63,951 nucleotides of DNA, filler included, from Dehalococcoidia bacterium (GCA_041494685.1; 3 parts of 3 records of this genome joined end to end with filler, not necessarily neighbours in it); one strand, 5' to 3'. Shown: positions 10,907 to 22,558, numbered from the whole stretch's first letter. The notes: generated from the letters alone by a model not told the origin. Numbers and translations are program-made.

Positions 10907-11453
10907 CGTTCGCCTCTTCCACGGCCGCGCCGGCGGACTCGCCGCCCGCGGCCTTCTTCGGAGCGCGCACCTTCTTAGGCGCCGCCTCGGGCTCCTCGGC
11001 GACGGGCTCGCCGTTCAGCCAGTGTACGCTGCCGCCCGCCGCTTCGATCTTGCTACGGGCGGACTTGCTGAAGCTCGCCGCCTCGACGGTCAACGCCACG
11101 GCGAGATCGCCCTCGCCCAGTACCTTCACCGGGCGGTTGGTGCGGACCAGGCGCGCGGCCTGCAAAGCCTCTGAGTTCACCTGCGTGCCGGGTGCGAAGC
11201 GCGCCAGCACGCCGACGTTCACTTCTTCGTAGTCGACACGGAACGGGTTGCGGAAGCCGCGCTTGTACGCCATGCGGCGGACGAGCGGGAGCTGGCCGCC
11301 TTCGAAACCCGGACGGACACCACCACCGGAGCGGGCCTTCTGGCCCTTCATCCCCCTGGTGCTGTACGTGCCGTGGCCGCTGGCGTTACCGCGACCGACG
11401 CGCTTGCGCTTGTGCGTCGCGCCCTTGGGCTGGCGCAGTTCGTGCTGCTGCAT
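10890..11453 (-). CDS. rplO: 50S ribosomal protein L15 (C-terminal extension)
   Basis: KRVGRG; KGQKARSG; GFEGGQLPL; KIEAAGG. Confidence 0.96.
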
Positions 11454-11636
11454 CTACGCATCCTCCCGCACGGTCACCAGGTGCCGCACCTTGAGGATCA
11501 TACCCCGGATAGTGCGGTTGTCGTCGTGCTCCACGGTCTGCCCCAGCTTGCGGAGTCCCAGCGCGCGAATCGTGCGCTTCTGGTCTTCCTTCTGGTTGAT
11601 GCCGCTGCGATCCCACGTCACGCTGATCTTCGCCAT
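11454..11636 (-). CDS. rpmD: 50S ribosomal protein L30
   Basis: QKRTIRALGLRK; IRGMILKVRHLV. Confidence 0.96.
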   Translation of the reverse strand: MAKISVTWDRSGINQKEDQKRTIRALGLRKLGQTVEHDDNRTIRGMILKVRHLVTVREDA

Positions 11637-11638
11637 GC

Positions 11639-12157
11639 CTACGCCTCAGCCGTCCGGCGCACCGACGCACGCCGCCGCGCGATCTCTGTCTTCGGGTCGC
11701 GCAGCTCCGCCAGCCCCGCGATCGTGGCCTTCACCACATTGATCGCGTTCGACGAGCCCAGCGACTTGGTCAGCACGTCCTTGATCCCCGCCGACTCCAT
11801 GACGGCGCGCACGCCGCCCCCGGCGATCACGCCGGTACCGGCGGAGGCCGGCTTCATCATCACCTTCGCGGCGCCGAAGCGCGCGATAATCGGGTGGGCG
11901 ATCGTGGTCTTGTTCATCGCCACCTTGATCAGGTTCTTGCGCGCGACGGCCGAACCCTTGCGGATCGCCTCCGGCACCTCGTTCGCCTTGCCCATGCCAG
12001 CGCCCACGTGTCCCTGGCCGTCGCCCACGACGACAACCGCGCTGAAGCTGAAGCGCCGGCCGCCCTTCACCACCTTGGAGACGCGGTTGATGTAGACGAC
12101 CTTCTCCTGGAGCTCCAGCTCACGGTGTTCGATCTTTGCGGTCCTCGGTGTCACCAT
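11639..12157 (-). CDS. rpsE: 30S ribosomal protein S5
   Basis: [24 protein letters not shown]. Confidence 0.96.
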   Translation of the reverse strand: MVTPRTAKIEHRELELQEKVVYINRVSKVVKGGRRFSFSAVVVVGDGQGHVGAGMGKANEVPEAIRKGSAVARKNLIKVAMNKTTIAHPIIARFGAAKVMMKPASAGTGVIAGGGVRAVMESAGIKDVLTKSLGSSNAINVVKATIAGLAELRDPKTEIARRRASVRRTAEA

Positions 12158-12167
12158 GTTCCGTCCC

Positions 12168-12530
12168 TTAGAACTGCAGGCCGCCCTCACGCGCGGCCTC
12201 GGCGAGCGCTTTGACGCGCCCGTGGTAGCGGTTGCCGCCGCGGTCGAAGACGACCTGCGTCACGCCGGCGTCCAGCGCCTTCTTCGCGATGGCCGTGCCG
12301 ACTGCTTTGGCGCGCTCACTCTTGTTGCCCGGCGTATCCTTCACGCCCGCCTGCATGTCCGATGCGGCAGCCAGCGTGTGGCCGCGCTCGTCGTCGATCA
12401 CCTGCGCATAAATGTGCGTCAGGCTGCGGTACACGGCCAGGCGCGGGCGCACGGGCGTGCCCGAGACGGTCTTGCGGACGCGCTCGTGGCGGCGCACGCG
12501 GGCGGCGCGGGCAGTCTTGTTACCCTTCAT
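12168..12530 (-). CDS. rplR: 50S ribosomal protein L18
   Basis: [28 protein letters not shown]. Confidence 0.96.
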   Translation of the reverse strand: MKGNKTARAARVRRHERVRKTVSGTPVRPRLAVYRSLTHIYAQVIDDERGHTLAAASDMQAGVKDTPGNKSERAKAVGTAIAKKALDAGVTQVVFDRGGNRYHGRVKALAEAAREGGLQF

Positions 12531-13076
12531 CTACTTGCCTGCCTTACCGGCCTTGCCGGCCTTCCTGCGCACGTTCTCACCCAGGTAGCGGATGCCCTTG
12601 CCCTTGTACGGCTCCGGCTTCCGCACTTTGCGGATGTTCGCGGCGACCTGCCCCACCAGCTCCTTGTCGATGCCGCGGACATGCACCTTGGACGTGCCCT
12701 CCACCGCGAGCTCGATCCCCGACGGGGGCGTCACCTCGACCGGGTGCGAGAAGCCGACGGACAACGTCACTTTCTCGCCCGACTGCGTGGCGCGATAGCC
12801 GACGCCCTGCAGCTCCAGCGTCTTCGTGAAGCCATCGGCCACACCGATGACCATGTTCGCCAGCAGCGTGCGCGACAGCCCGTGGAGCGCGCGCGACGGC
12901 TTCTCATCGTCCGGGCGCGCCACCAGGACGCGGCCCTCGTCGATCGCGAAGGTGATGCCGGCGGGGAACTCGCGGACGAGTTCGCCCTTCGGCCCCGTGA
13001 CCTTCACGGTCGAGCCATCGATGTCCACCTGGACGTTCTTTGCGATCGGGATCGGCAACTTGCCAATTCTTGACAT
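12531..13076 (-). CDS. rplF: 50S ribosomal protein L6
   Basis: MSRIGKLPI; GVGYRA; PEPYKGKGIRY. Confidence 0.96.
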   Translation of the reverse strand: MSRIGKLPIPIAKNVQVDIDGSTVKVTGPKGELVREFPAGITFAIDEGRVLVARPDDEKPSRALHGLSRTLLANMVIGVADGFTKTLELQGVGYRATQSGEKVTLSVGFSHPVEVTPPSGIELAVEGTSKVHVRGIDKELVGQVAANIRKVRKPEPYKGKGIRYLGENVRRKAGKAGKAGK

Positions 13077-13080
13077 CGCC

Positions 13081-13479
13081 CTACCACACGTAACAGATGA
13101 CTTCGCCGCCAATGCTGCGCCGCCATGCGTCCTGACCGGTCATGATCCCCTGCGGCGTCGAGAGGATCGCGATCCCCAGTCCGCCGTACACGCGCGGGAT
13201 CTCGCGCTTCTGCACATAGACACGCAAGCCCGGCTTGCTCACGCGCTGCAGCCCCGTCAGCACCGGCTCTTTCTTGCCGGTGTAGTTCAACTGCACGCGC
13301 ATCAGCTTCTTGCTGGCCTCGTCGGTCACATCAAAGCCGCGGATGAAGCCCTCGTTGCGGAGCACGCCCGCAATCGCGATCTTCATCTTGGATGCCGGGA
13401 TGTTGACGAATTCATGCTTCGCCGTGATGGCGTTGCGAATCCGCGTCAGCATGTCCGCGATAGGGTCCGTCATGTTCAA
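13081..13479 (-). CDS. rpsH: 30S ribosomal protein S8
   Basis: MTDPIADMLTRIRN; RVSKPGLRVY; GGEVICYVW. Confidence 0.96.
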   Translation of the reverse strand: MNMTDPIADMLTRIRNAITAKHEFVNIPASKMKIAIAGVLRNEGFIRGFDVTDEASKKLMRVQLNYTGKKEPVLTGLQRVSKPGLRVYVQKREIPRVYGGLGIAILSTPQGIMTGQDAWRRSIGGEVICYVW

Positions 13480-13558
13480 GGCTTCCGCCTCCTCGTTCTC
13501 CCGCGCTTCGTCGCACCCGCGACGGCTACGGAAAGGGACTGCCCAGGCAACCCCGGTA

Positions 13559-13744
13559 CTACCAGCTTGATTTCGTAACGCCGGGCAACTGCCCCTTCAA
13601 CGCATGTTGGCGGAAGCAGATCCGGCACATCGCGAAGTACCGCATGAACGCGCGCGGCCGGCCGCACAGCTTGCAACGGTTCTTCTTCCGCGTCGAGTAC
13701 TTCGCCTCCCGATTCGCCCGGACGATCAGCGATGTCTTCGCCAT
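13559..13744 (-). CDS. rpsN: 30S ribosomal protein S14 (short, zinc-binding type Z)
   Basis: RCKLCGRPR...CRICFR; 61 aa. Confidence 0.96.
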   Translation of the reverse strand: MAKTSLIVRANREAKYSTRKKNRCKLCGRPRAFMRYFAMCRICFRQHALKGQLPGVTKSSW

Positions 13745-13746
13745 GT

Positions 13747-14307
13747 CTACGCCCGCTCCTTCGAGAACGGCATGCCGAGCATTTCCAGCAGCCGCTTCCC
13801 CTCTTCGTCCGTCCGTGCCGTCGTGATGATGTTGATCTGCATACCGCGGATCTTGTCCACCTTGTCGTAGTCGATCTCCGGGAAGATCAGCTGCTCGCGC
13901 ACGCCCAGGCTGAAGTTCCCGCGCCCGTCGAACGCCTTGGTCGGCACGCCGTGGAAGTCACGGATGCGCGGCAGCGCCGCGTTGAGCAGCCGGTCCAGGA
14001 ACTCGTACATCCGGTCGCCGCGCAGCGTCACCGCGACGCCGACCGGCATGTTCTCGCGGATCTTGAAGTTTGCGATGGCCTTCTTCGCCCTAGTGACAAG
14101 CGGCTTCTGGCCCGTGATCGTCGCCACTTCCGCCGTCGCCGACTCGACCGCGCGCGCGTTCTCGCGCGCTTCGCCCAGGCCGATGTTGACCGTGACCTTC
14201 TGTACGCGCGGCACCTGCATGGCGTTGCCGTACTGGAACTCGCGCATCAGCTCAGGCGCGATCTCCGCCCTGTAGCGTTCCTTCAGCCGTGGTATTGGTC
14301 CCGCCAT
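13747..14307 (-). CDS. rplE: 50S ribosomal protein L5
   Basis: [33 protein letters not shown]. Confidence 0.96.
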   Translation of the reverse strand: MAGPIPRLKERYRAEIAPELMREFQYGNAMQVPRVQKVTVNIGLGEARENARAVESATAEVATITGQKPLVTRAKKAIANFKIRENMPVGVAVTLRGDRMYEFLDRLLNAALPRIRDFHGVPTKAFDGRGNFSLGVREQLIFPEIDYDKVDKIRGMQINIITTARTDEEGKRLLEMLGMPFSKERA

Positions 14308-14660
14308 CAGTCGATGTCCTGTCCGCAGACGCGGCACACGCGATGCTTGCCGTCGGCACGGGCATGGAAGCCCACCCGCGTCGGCTTGCTGCAGCTCTTG
14401 CAGATCAGCATCACCTTGCCTAGCGACAGCGGCATCTCTTTCTCGATGATGCCCGCCTGCTGCACGCCGGCCTGCTGCTTCTTGTGCTTCTTCACCATGT
14501 TGATGCCGGTGACGAAGACCTTGTCCTCGGTGATCTTGGGGCGGTGCCCCTTCACCTTCACCAGGTCGCCGCCGCCGACGATCTGCCGCACGACCCCCGT
14601 CTTGCCCCGGTCCTTGCCGCCCAGGATCAGCACCGTGTCGTCGCGCTTGATCTTCCGCAT
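14307..14660 (-). CDS. rplX: 50S ribosomal protein L24
   Basis: [31 protein letters not shown]; has a short insertion [14 protein letters not shown]. Confidence 0.93.
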   Translation of the reverse strand: MRKIKRDDTVLILGGKDRGKTGVVRQIVGGGDLVKVKGHRPKITEDKVFVTGINMVKKHKKQQAGVQQAGIIEKEMPLSLGKVMLICKSCSKPTRVGFHARADGKHRVCRVCGQDID

Positions 14661-14662
14661 CG

Positions 14663-15031
14663 CTACACCACCTCCGGCGCCAGCGAGACGATCTTCATGA
14701 AGTTCCGGTCGCGCAGCTCGCGCGCCACCGGGCCGAAGATACGCGTCCCCTTCGGGTTCTGCTTGTCGGACAGCACCACGGCCGCGTTCTCGTCGAAGCG
14801 GATGTAGGAACCGTCCGCGCGGCCGTAGGCCTTCGCCACCCGCACGACGACCGCCTTGACCACCTCGCCCTTCTTCACGCCGCCGCCCGGCTGCGCGGCC
14901 TTCACACTGCAGACGATCGTGTCGCCCACGTGCGCGTAGCGGCGGCCGGAGCCGCCGAGCACCGTGATGCACATCAGCGAGCGCGCGCCGGAGTTGTCCG
15001 CGACCTTCAGCCGCGTGTACTGCTGGATCAC
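14663..15031 (-). CDS. rplN: 50S ribosomal protein L14
   Basis: GTG start; [28 protein letters not shown]. Confidence 0.96.
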   Translation of the reverse strand: MIQQYTRLKVADNSGARSLMCITVLGGSGRRYAHVGDTIVCSVKAAQPGGGVKKGEVVKAVVVRVAKAYGRADGSYIRFDENAAVVLSDKQNPKGTRIFGPVARELRDRNFMKIVSLAPEVV

Positions 15032-15438
15032 GAGCCCGCCTCCTCCGTCGCGTCCGCGGCCTCGGCCGGGGCGGCCGCAGCCCGCGCGGCGGCTTCCGCA
15101 GCGGCTCTCGCCGCGGCCTCGACGGCCTGCGCCGCGCGTGTCTCTTCCAGGATGTGCGCGCCGATCTCGCGCGGCGCGACTTCCGCCACGTCGCCCTTCG
15201 TCACGATCTCGACGACGCGCCAGCGCTTCTCGCGCGACAGCGGCCGCGTCTCGGAGATCTTGACGACGTCGCCCAGATGGCACTCGTTCTTCTCGTCGTG
15301 CACCTTGTAGCGCTGCGTCACCTCCAGCGTCTTGCCGTACAGGCGGTGACGCTTCTGGCGGTCGATGCGCACGACCACCGTCTTATCCATCTTCGCGCTG
15401 ACGACCGTGCCGGTCTGCAGTTTTTCCAGCGACGCCAT
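15028..15438 (-). CDS. rpsQ: 30S ribosomal protein S17 with Ala/Glu-rich tail
   Basis: [23 protein letters not shown]. Confidence 0.95.
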   Translation of the reverse strand: MASLEKLQTGTVVSAKMDKTVVVRIDRQKRHRLYGKTLEVTQRYKVHDEKNECHLGDVVKISETRPLSREKRWRVVEIVTKGDVAEVAPREIGAHILEETRAAQAVEAAARAAAEAAARAAAAPAEAADATEEAGS

Positions 15439-15442
15439 CGTC

Positions 15443-15685
15443 TTACCTTCCCGCTGTGTGCGCCGCGTACGCGGCGGCCAGCTCGCGCTCGCGCTGGATC
15501 GTCCGGATGCGGGCGATCGTGCGCGAGACCTTCGCCTTTTCGGTCGTGTTCGTCTGCTGGCGCGTCGCCAACTGCAGGCGGATGGTGAACAGGCGGCGAT
15601 AGGCCTCGTTCAGCTCCTTCGCCAGGTCCCCGTCGGACATGGCGCGCAACTCCTCGGCACGCTCCTTCTTCTTGCGTCCGGCCAT
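15443..15685 (-). CDS. rpmC: 50S ribosomal protein L29
   Basis: ELRAMS..DL; LF.IRLQ; IARIRT; position between rplP and rpsQ. Confidence 0.9.
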   Translation of the reverse strand: MAGRKKKERAEELRAMSDGDLAKELNEAYRRLFTIRLQLATRQQTNTTEKAKVSRTIARIRTIQRERELAAAYAAHTAGR

Positions 15686-16104
15686 CAGATTCCCTCGTGC
15701 TCCTTGATCACCATCCGCGTTTCGAGCGGCAGTTTGTGCGAGGCGAGCCGCAGCGCTTCGCGCGCAAGCTCTTCCTTCACGCCTGCCACCTCGAACATCA
15801 TGCGGCCTGGCTTCACCACGGCCACCCAGTGATCCGGCGCGCCCTTGCCGCTGCCCATCCGCGTCTCCGCCGGCTTCGCCGTCACCGGCTTGTCCGGGAA
15901 GATCCGGATCCACACCTTGCCGCCGCGCTTCAACTCGTGCGTGATCGCGCGGCGCGCCGCCTCGATCTGGCGGCTGTCGACCCAGGCATGGCCGACGGCC
16001 TGCAGCCCGAACTCGCCGAAGCTGATCTGGTTGCCGCTGCCGGCGATGCCGCGGCGGTGGCCGCGGTGCTGCTTACGAAACTTGACGCGCTTTGGTTGCA
16101 GCAT
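15685..16104 (-). CDS. rplP: 50S ribosomal protein L16
   Basis: [25 protein letters not shown]. Confidence 0.97.
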   Translation of the reverse strand: MLQPKRVKFRKQHRGHRRGIAGSGNQISFGEFGLQAVGHAWVDSRQIEAARRAITHELKRGGKVWIRIFPDKPVTAKPAETRMGSGKGAPDHWVAVVKPGRMMFEVAGVKEELAREALRLASHKLPLETRMVIKEHEGI

Positions 16105-16110
16105 GACTCG

Positions 16111-16851
16111 TTACTCGCCCGCCCCGGCGCTCGCCGCCGCGGTCTCGCCGCCGTGCCCCTGCGCCGCCGCACGCTCCTCCGGGCTCATCCCCGAGAAGTC
16201 GTTCTCGCCGCGCGGGCGCTTCGGCCCCGGCATGATGTCGCCCTTGTAGATCCAGACCTTCACGCCGATCCGCCCGAAGGTCGTGTGCGCTTCCGCGATA
16301 CCGAAGTCGATGTCTGCGCGCAGCGTATGCAGCGGGATGCGGCCCTGCTTCTCCGACTCGCGCCGCGACATCTCCGCGCCGCCCAAGCGGCCGGCGACGC
16401 CCACCTTGATGCCCTTTGCGCCGCGCGCCATCGTGCGCGCCACCGTCTGCTTGATCGCGCGGCGAAACGCCACACGCCGCTGCAGCTGCTCGGCGATGCT
16501 GCGCGCCACCAGGTACGCGTCCAGCTCCGGCTGGCGGATCTCGTTGATGTTGACCCGCACCCGGCGTCCCGTCGTCTTCTCCAGCTCCTGCCGCAGCAGG
16601 TCGACGTTGGCGCCGCTGCGGCCGATGACAATACCCGGCTTCGCCGTGTGGATCGTCACCGTCATCTGGTTCGCGTTGCGGTCGATCTCGACCTTCGAGA
16701 TACCCGCGTCGACGCTGCCGCCCATGATCCGCTTGCGGATCGCGATGTCCTCATGCAGGTGCTGCTTGTAGTTCTTGCTCGTGTACCACTTGCTCTGCCA
16801 GTCGTAGATGACGCCGACGCGGAAGCCCGTGGGGTGTACTTTGTGACCCAA
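16111..16851 (-). CDS. rpsC: 30S ribosomal protein S3
   Basis: TTG start; GHKVHP.GFR; PGIVIG; GRLGGAEM; PLHTLRADID. Confidence 0.96.
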   Translation of the reverse strand: MGHKVHPTGFRVGVIYDWQSKWYTSKNYKQHLHEDIAIRKRIMGGSVDAGISKVEIDRNANQMTVTIHTAKPGIVIGRSGANVDLLRQELEKTTGRRVRVNINEIRQPELDAYLVARSIAEQLQRRVAFRRAIKQTVARTMARGAKGIKVGVAGRLGGAEMSRRESEKQGRIPLHTLRADIDFGIAEAHTTFGRIGVKVWIYKGDIMPGPKRPRGENDFSGMSPEERAAAQGHGGETAAASAGAGE

Positions 16852-16852
16852 G

Positions 16853-17185
16853 TTAACCCTCCTCCACGACGACCGTGATGTGGCTCGTCCGATGCAATAT
16901 CTGGCCCATGCGGCCCCGCGCCTTTGGCCGGTAGCGCTTGAGCGTGCGCGATTCGCCCGCGTACGCGCGCTTGATGCGCAGCTCCGCTGTGTCCAGCGCG
17001 TAGTTGTTCTCCGCGTTCGCCGCGGCTGACTTGACGACCTTCTCCACCAGGCGGGCGTGCGGCGTCGGCAGGAAGCGGAGCATGACCATCGCCTCCTCCA
17101 CGCGCTTGCCGGGCAGCTGGTCCAGCACAAGACGCATCTTGCGGGCGGACACGGGCAGGTACTTCGCCGTAGCGCTCACTTCCAT
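16853..17185 (-). CDS. rplV: 50S ribosomal protein L22
   Basis: SARKMRLV; SAAANAENN; PKARGR; TSHITV. Confidence 0.96.
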   Translation of the reverse strand: MEVSATAKYLPVSARKMRLVLDQLPGKRVEEAMVMLRFLPTPHARLVEKVVKSAAANAENNYALDTAELRIKRAYAGESRTLKRYRPKARGRMGQILHRTSHITVVVEEG

Positions 17186-17188
17186 GGA

Positions 17189-17497
17189 CTACCCCTTGCC
17201 CCCGCCAGGACCGCCGCGCTGCTGCGACGCCTTCTCGCTCTTGCTCGTGTGGCCGCGGAAGTGCCGCGTCAGGGCGAACTCGCCCAGCTTGTGGCCCACC
17301 ATGTTCTCCGACACGAAGATTGGCACGTGCCGGCGGCCATCGTGGATGCCTATCGTCAACCCCACCATCTCCGGAATGATCGTCGATGCACGCGACCAGG
17401 TCTTGATCACCGTGCGCGCGTTGGTGCGCTTCACGGCCTCCACCTTCTTCATCAGCTTGGCCTCGATGAACGGGCCCTTTTTCAGTGATCGGGACAT
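17189..17497 (-). CDS. rpsS: 30S ribosomal protein S19
   Basis: [26 protein letters not shown]. Confidence 0.97.
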   Translation of the reverse strand: MSRSLKKGPFIEAKLMKKVEAVKRTNARTVIKTWSRASTIIPEMVGLTIGIHDGRRHVPIFVSENMVGHKLGEFALTRHFRGHTSKSEKASQQRGGPGGGKG

Positions 17498-17500
17498 GGC

Positions 17501-18328
17501 TTACGCCTTCCTCCGCCGCACGATGAACTTGTCCGACGGCTTCTTCATCCGCGTGCGCTTGCCCAGCGTGGGCTTGCCCCACGGCGACTTCGGACTCGGC
17601 ATACCGATGGGCGCCTTGCCCTCGCCGCCACCGTGCGGGTGATCGACGGGGTTCATCACGACGCCGCGCACCTGGGGCCGGCGCCGGCGGTGTCGGATGC
17701 GGCCCGCCTTGCCCAGCTTGATCAAGCTGTTCTCCACATTGCCCACCTGCCCGACCGTGGCCTGGCAGCGCGACAGCACGCGTCGCATCTCGCCCGAGGG
17801 CAGCCGCAGCAGCGTGTAGTCGCCTTCCTTCGCCATCAGCTGCGCCGACGTCCCGGCGCTGCGCACGATCTGGCCGCCGCGGCCCGGGATCAGCTCGATG
17901 TTGTGGATCACGGTGCCGTTCGGCATGTTCTGCAGCGGCAGCGTGTTCCCCGGCTTCACCTCGGACTCCGGCCCGGACTGGATCATGTCGCCGACCTTCA
18001 GGCCCACCGGCGCCACGATGTACCGCTTCTCGCCATCGCGATAGAAGATCAGCGCGATGCGGGCGCTTCGCCCGGGATCGTACTCGATCGAGGCCACGCG
18101 GCCGGGAATGCCGACCTTGTCGCGCTTGAAGTCGACCATGCGGATCCGCCGCTTCGGGCCGCCACCGCGGTGCCGCACCGTGATCTTGCCCTGATTGTTG
18201 CGGCCCGACATCTTCTTCTTCGTGGCCAGCAGCGACTTCTCCGGCTTCGACTTCGTGATCTCATCGAAGGTGAAGCCGGACATGCCGCGGCGGCCGGGAG
18301 ACGTGGGCTTGAACTGCTTGACTGCCAT
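17501..18328 (-). CDS. rplB: 50S ribosomal protein L2
   Basis: [35 protein letters not shown]. Confidence 0.97.
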   Translation of the reverse strand: MAVKQFKPTSPGRRGMSGFTFDEITKSKPEKSLLATKKKMSGRNNQGKITVRHRGGGPKRRIRMVDFKRDKVGIPGRVASIEYDPGRSARIALIFYRDGEKRYIVAPVGLKVGDMIQSGPESEVKPGNTLPLQNMPNGTVIHNIELIPGRGGQIVRSAGTSAQLMAKEGDYTLLRLPSGEMRRVLSRCQATVGQVGNVENSLIKLGKAGRIRHRRRRPQVRGVVMNPVDHPHGGGEGKAPIGMPSPKSPWGKPTLGKRTRMKKPSDKFIVRRRKA

Positions 18329-18330
18329 CG

Positions 18331-18627
18331 CTACACGCCCTCGAACAGCTCGATCTTGTCGCCGGGTGCCAGCGTCACGATCGCTTTCTTCCAGTCAGGG
18401 CCCTTCGTCACGCCGCGTCCGTAGCGCCGGAACTTGCCCTTCATCACGCAGGTGTTGACGGTGCGGACGGAGACGCCGAACGCGACCTCGACCGCTTCCT
18501 TGATCTGCATCTTGTTCGCGCGGGTGTCCACTTCGAACACGTACTTCCCACCCGTGGTGAGGTGCTGCGCCTTCTCGGTGATCAGCGGCCGCATGATGAT
18601 GCCGTACGGGTGCAGTTGCTTGGGCAT
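18331..18627 (-). CDS. rplW: 50S ribosomal protein L23
   Basis: [23 protein letters not shown]. Confidence 0.96.
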   Translation of the reverse strand: MPKQLHPYGIIMRPLITEKAQHLTTGGKYVFEVDTRANKMQIKEAVEVAFGVSVRTVNTCVMKGKFRRYGRGVTKGPDWKKAIVTLAPGDKIELFEGV

Positions 18628-18630
18628 CGC

Positions 18631-19293
18631 TTACGCCTCCGCCTTCGAGCTGCGCTTCTTGGCGGCGCGCTCGCCGCCCCAGAGCGCCTCCGCGCCGCGT
18701 ACCGCGTCCACCGTCATCAGCAGGCCCTGGTGGTCCAGCATGTCCTGCACGTTCAGGTAGGCCGCCGGCAGCAGCCCGACCGAGGGCAGGTTGCGCGCGC
18801 TCGCCTTTACGTTCTCGTTCGTCTCGCCCGTCACGACGAGCACCGAGCGCTCGAAGCCGAGGGAGGCGATCACGCCCTTCATCGCCTTCGTGCTGGGCGT
18901 GCTCGACGGCAGGCTCTGTACCACCCGCAGCGAGCCGTCAGCGGCCTTCGCGGACAGCACCGAGCGGATCGCCAGCCGGCGCATCTTCTTTGGCAGGTCT
19001 TTCGCGTAGCTGCGCGACCGCGGGCCGAAGACGATACCGCCGTGGCGATGCTGCGGCGCGCCGATCGAGCCCTGCCGCGAGCGGCCGGTACCCTTCTGCG
19101 CGCGGATCTTCTTCGTCGAGTACGAGACTTCGCCGCGCGTCTTCGTGTGCGCCGTGCCGACGCGCTTGTTCGCGCGCGAGGTCACCAGCGCCTGGTGCAC
19201 GACCGGTACGTTCGGCGTGATGCCGAAGACCGCGTCGTCGACCTCGATCGTCTCGACTTCCTTCCCGGCAGCGTCGTGGACCGTCAGTTTCAT
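18631..19293 (-). CDS. rplD: 50S ribosomal protein L4
   Basis: GTAHTKTRGEV; QKGTGRSRQGS; GGIVFGP. Confidence 0.96.
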   Translation of the reverse strand: MKLTVHDAAGKEVETIEVDDAVFGITPNVPVVHQALVTSRANKRVGTAHTKTRGEVSYSTKKIRAQKGTGRSRQGSIGAPQHRHGGIVFGPRSRSYAKDLPKKMRRLAIRSVLSAKAADGSLRVVQSLPSSTPSTKAMKGVIASLGFERSVLVVTGETNENVKASARNLPSVGLLPAAYLNVQDMLDHQGLLMTVDAVRGAEALWGGERAAKKRSSKAEA

Positions 19294-19342
19294 CGCTTCT
19301 GCCCGCGGCGTGCGGCGCCCATGAAGGCCCGCACCCAGCGTC

Positions 19343-19975
19343 CTACTTCTTCCCTTGCTTCTTCGCGCGGCGCACCCGCACCGTGCCGTTCGTCGCGCCC
19401 GGTACGGCGCCCTCGATGAGCAGCAACCCCTTGCCTTCGTCCTTGGCGATCACCTTCAGGTTCTTCGCCGTCACCTGCGCGGCGCCCATGTGGGTCGCCA
19501 TGCGCTGGCCCTTGTACACGCGGCCCGGCGTCGTGCCCGCGCCGATAGAGCCGGGCGCGCGGTGCCGGTCCGACTGACCGTGCGTCTTGGGGCCGCCGCT
19601 GAAGTTGTGGCGCCGCACGCCGCCGGCGAAGCCGCGTCCGCGCGATACGCCCGTCACGTCCACGAGGTCGCCTTCGCTGAATAGCTCCATCCCCACCTTG
19701 TCGCCGACGTTGTACTCGCTCTCGCCGTCCGCGCCGAACTCGCGCAGCAGGCGGAAGTCTCCCAGCTTGCCCAGGTGGCCGTGCATCGGCTTGTTGCTCT
19801 TCTTGCGCGTGCCGAAGCCCACCTGCACGGCCGTGTAGCCGTCCTTCGATGCGGTCTTGACCTGCGTCACTACGACCGGCCCAGCCTCCACCACCGTAAC
19901 GGCGTGGATCTTGCCGTTCTGGTCGAAGACCTGGGTCATGCCGAGTTTGCGTCCGAGCAGTCCTTCCAGTGGCAT
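19343..19975 (-). CDS. rplC: 50S ribosomal protein L3
   Basis: GRKLGMTQVF; DGY.AVQ; THGQSDRHRAPGSIG. Confidence 0.97.
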   Translation of the reverse strand: MPLEGLLGRKLGMTQVFDQNGKIHAVTVVEAGPVVVTQVKTASKDGYTAVQVGFGTRKKSNKPMHGHLGKLGDFRLLREFGADGESEYNVGDKVGMELFSEGDLVDVTGVSRGRGFAGGVRRHNFSGGPKTHGQSDRHRAPGSIGAGTTPGRVYKGQRMATHMGAAQVTAKNLKVIAKDEGKGLLLIEGAVPGATNGTVRVRRAKKQGKK

Positions 19976-19985
19976 CGCCCGTCCC

Positions 19986-20294
19986 TTACAGCTTGATCTC
20001 GATGTCGACGCCAGACGGAAGCTGGAGGCGCATCAAGGTGTCTACGGTCTTCGAACTCGGCTCCAGGATGTCGATCAGGCGCTTGTGCGTGCGCATCTCG
20101 AACTGCTCCTGGGAGTCTTTATCAATAAACGGCGAACGGATCACACAGAACTTCTTGATCTCCGTCGGCAGCGGGATCGGGCCAGCCACCGCCGCGCCCG
20201 TGCGCTCCGCCGCCTCCACGATCTGCTCGGCCGACTGGTCGAGGATGCGGTGGTCGTACGCCTTCAGTCTGATCCGGATCTTCTGCCTGGCCAT
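19986..20294 (-). CDS. rpsJ: 30S ribosomal protein S10
   Basis: [32 protein letters not shown]. Confidence 0.97.
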   Translation of the reverse strand: MARQKIRIRLKAYDHRILDQSAEQIVEAAERTGAAVAGPIPLPTEIKKFCVIRSPFIDKDSQEQFEMRTHKRLIDILEPSSKTVDTLMRLQLPSGVDIEIKL

Positions 20295-20320
20295 CGTTGC
20301 CTTCTTTCGCGCGGGACGTC

Positions 20321-22435
20321 CTAGACGCCGGCGCGCACCACTCTCTTGACGCGAGTCCCCAGGATCTTCTCCGCCACATTCCGCGGTACTTCGTCGTACT
20401 TGTCGAACTCCATGCTGTAGCTCGCCCGGCCCTGCGTCATAGAGCGCAGGTCGGTAGCATAGCCGAACGTCTCGGCCAGCGGCACGAGCGCACGCAGGAC
20501 CTTCAAGGTGCCGCGCTGCTCCGTCTCCAGCACCTGGCCGCGCCGCTTCGAGACGTCGCCCTGCACCGAGCCGTAGAAGTCTTCCGGCGTGCTGATCTCC
20601 AGCTTCATGACCGGCTCCATCAGCACGGGGTTCGCCTTGTCCATCGCGGCCTGGAACGCCATCGAGCCGGCGGTCTTGAACGCCATCTCGGACGAGTCTA
20701 CGTCGTGGTAGTCGCCGCCGATGAGCGTCACACGGACGTCGATCACCGGGTAGCCCGCCAGCACGCCGCTGTCGATGGCGCTGCGCACACCGTCCTCGAT
20801 CGGCTTGATGAACTGCTTCGGTACCTCGGCGCCGACGACCTTGTCGACGAACTCGAATCCGGTGCCCCGCTCCAGCGGCTCGATCTCGACGCGCGCGACA
20901 CCGAACTGGCCGTGGCCACCGGTCTGCCGCACGAAGCGGCCCTCCGCCCTGGCGGACGACCTGATCGCTTCCTTATAGGCCACTTCCGGCCGGCCGACGT
21001 TCGCCTCGACGCGGAATTCGCGCTTCATGCGGTCGACGATGACGTCCAGGTGCAGTTCGCCCATGCCGGAGATGATGGTCTGGCCGGTCTCCTGGTCATA
21101 GCGCATCCGGAAGCTCGGGTCTTCCTCCGCGAGCTTGCCCAGCGCCTCTCCCATGCGGTCCTGGTCGTCCTTCGTCTTCGGCTCGACCGCGATGTGGATA
21201 ACGGGCTCCGGGAAGGTGATCGACTCAAGGACGACCGGCTTGTTCTGGTCGCAGAGCGTGTCGCCCGTGGTGGTGATCTTGAGGCCCATCGCCGCGATGC
21301 CGCCGGCGCCGACCTCGGTCACGTCTTCGCGGTGGTTCGCGTGCATCTGCATGATGCGGCTGACACGCTCCGTCTTGCCGCGGGTCGAGTTGAAGACGCT
21401 CGAGCCGGCGGTCAACTTGCCGGAGTACACTCGGAAGTAGGCGAGCCGGCCCATGTGCGGGTCAGTGACGATCTTGAACGCGAGCGCGGAGAACGGCTCT
21501 TCGTCGTTTGGCGCGCGCACGACCTCGTCGCCCGTCTTCGCGTCGTGGACCACCACGGGCGGCACGTCGTCGGGCGACGGCAGGAACTCGACGACGGCGT
21601 CCAGCAGGAGCTGCACGCCCTTGTTCTTGAGCGCGCTGCCGCACAGCACCGGCGTCGTCGTCGGGTGGTTCGGGTTGATGGGCGTTTCGATGGTGACGCG
21701 GCGGAGTGCCGCCATGATCTCGTGCGGCGTCAGCGTGTGGCCCTCGACGAAGCTGATCATCGTCTGCTCATCGACTTCACCGATGGCCTCGATCATCTTG
21801 TCGTGCCACTTCTTGGCTTCGTCCTGCCATGCGGGCGGGATGGGCGCTTCGACGGGCGCGTCGTCGCGGTTGCCGGTGAACGTCCAGGCTTTCATCTCGA
21901 CGAGGTCGATGACGCCGCCGAAGTCCGCCTCGGAGCCCATCGGGATCTGGATCGGGACGGGCTTCGCGCCCAGGCGCTCGACGATCATGTCGACCGTGCG
22001 CCAGAAGTCCGCGCCCATGCGGTCCATCTTGTTGACGAAGCAGATCCGCGGCACCTGGTACTTGTCGGCCTGGCGCCATACCGTCTCCGACTGCGGCTCG
22101 ACGCCTGCGACCGCGTCGAAGACGACGACGCCGCCGTCCAGCACGCGGAGACTGCGCTCGACCTCGACAGTGAAGTCGACGTGGCCGGGCGTATCGATGA
22201 TGTTGACCTGGTGGTTCTTCCACTCGGCCGTGGTCGCGGCGGCGGTGATCGTGATACCGCGCTCCTGCTCCTGCGGCATCCAGTCCATGACGGCCGTGCC
22301 TTCATGGACCTCGCCGATCTTGTAGGTGCGGCCCGTGTAGTACAGGATCCGCTCCGTGACCGTGGTCTTGCCTGCATCGATATGAGCGATGATGCCGATG
22401 TTCCGGATGCGCTCAATCGGGATCGTTCGTGCCAT
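20321..22435 (-). CDS. fusA: Elongation factor G
   Basis: [37 protein letters not shown]. Confidence 0.97.
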   Translation of the reverse strand: MARTIPIERIRNIGIIAHIDAGKTTVTERILYYTGRTYKIGEVHEGTAVMDWMPQEQERGITITAAATTAEWKNHQVNIIDTPGHVDFTVEVERSLRVLDGGVVVFDAVAGVEPQSETVWRQADKYQVPRICFVNKMDRMGADFWRTVDMIVERLGAKPVPIQIPMGSEADFGGVIDLVEMKAWTFTGNRDDAPVEAPIPPAWQDEAKKWHDKMIEAIGEVDEQTMISFVEGHTLTPHEIMAALRRVTIETPINPNHPTTTPVLCGSALKNKGVQLLLDAVVEFLPSPDDVPPVVVHDAKTGDEVVRAPNDEEPFSALAFKIVTDPHMGRLAYFRVYSGKLTAGSSVFNSTRGKTERVSRIMQMHANHREDVTEVGAGGIAAMGLKITTTGDTLCDQNKPVVLESITFPEPVIHIAVEPKTKDDQDRMGEALGKLAEEDPSFRMRYDQETGQTIISGMGELHLDVIVDRMKREFRVEANVGRPEVAYKEAIRSSARAEGRFVRQTGGHGQFGVARVEIEPLERGTGFEFVDKVVGAEVPKQFIKPIEDGVRSAIDSGVLAGYPVIDVRVTLIGGDYHDVDSSEMAFKTAGSMAFQAAMDKANPVLMEPVMKLEISTPEDFYGSVQGDVSKRRGQVLETEQRGTLKVLRALVPLAETFGYATDLRSMTQGRASYSMEFDKYDEVPRNVAEKILGTRVKRVVRAGV

Positions 22436-22558
22436 GTCCTGGTCGCCGTGTCCTTTACCCGCCGGCGGCGCGCATCCGCGCTTGCCGCTGGCAACATACG
22501 CCGCCGGTGACTGCTGTCGCCGGCGGCGATTTCCGCACGAGGCGGATGATGCTCTCTG

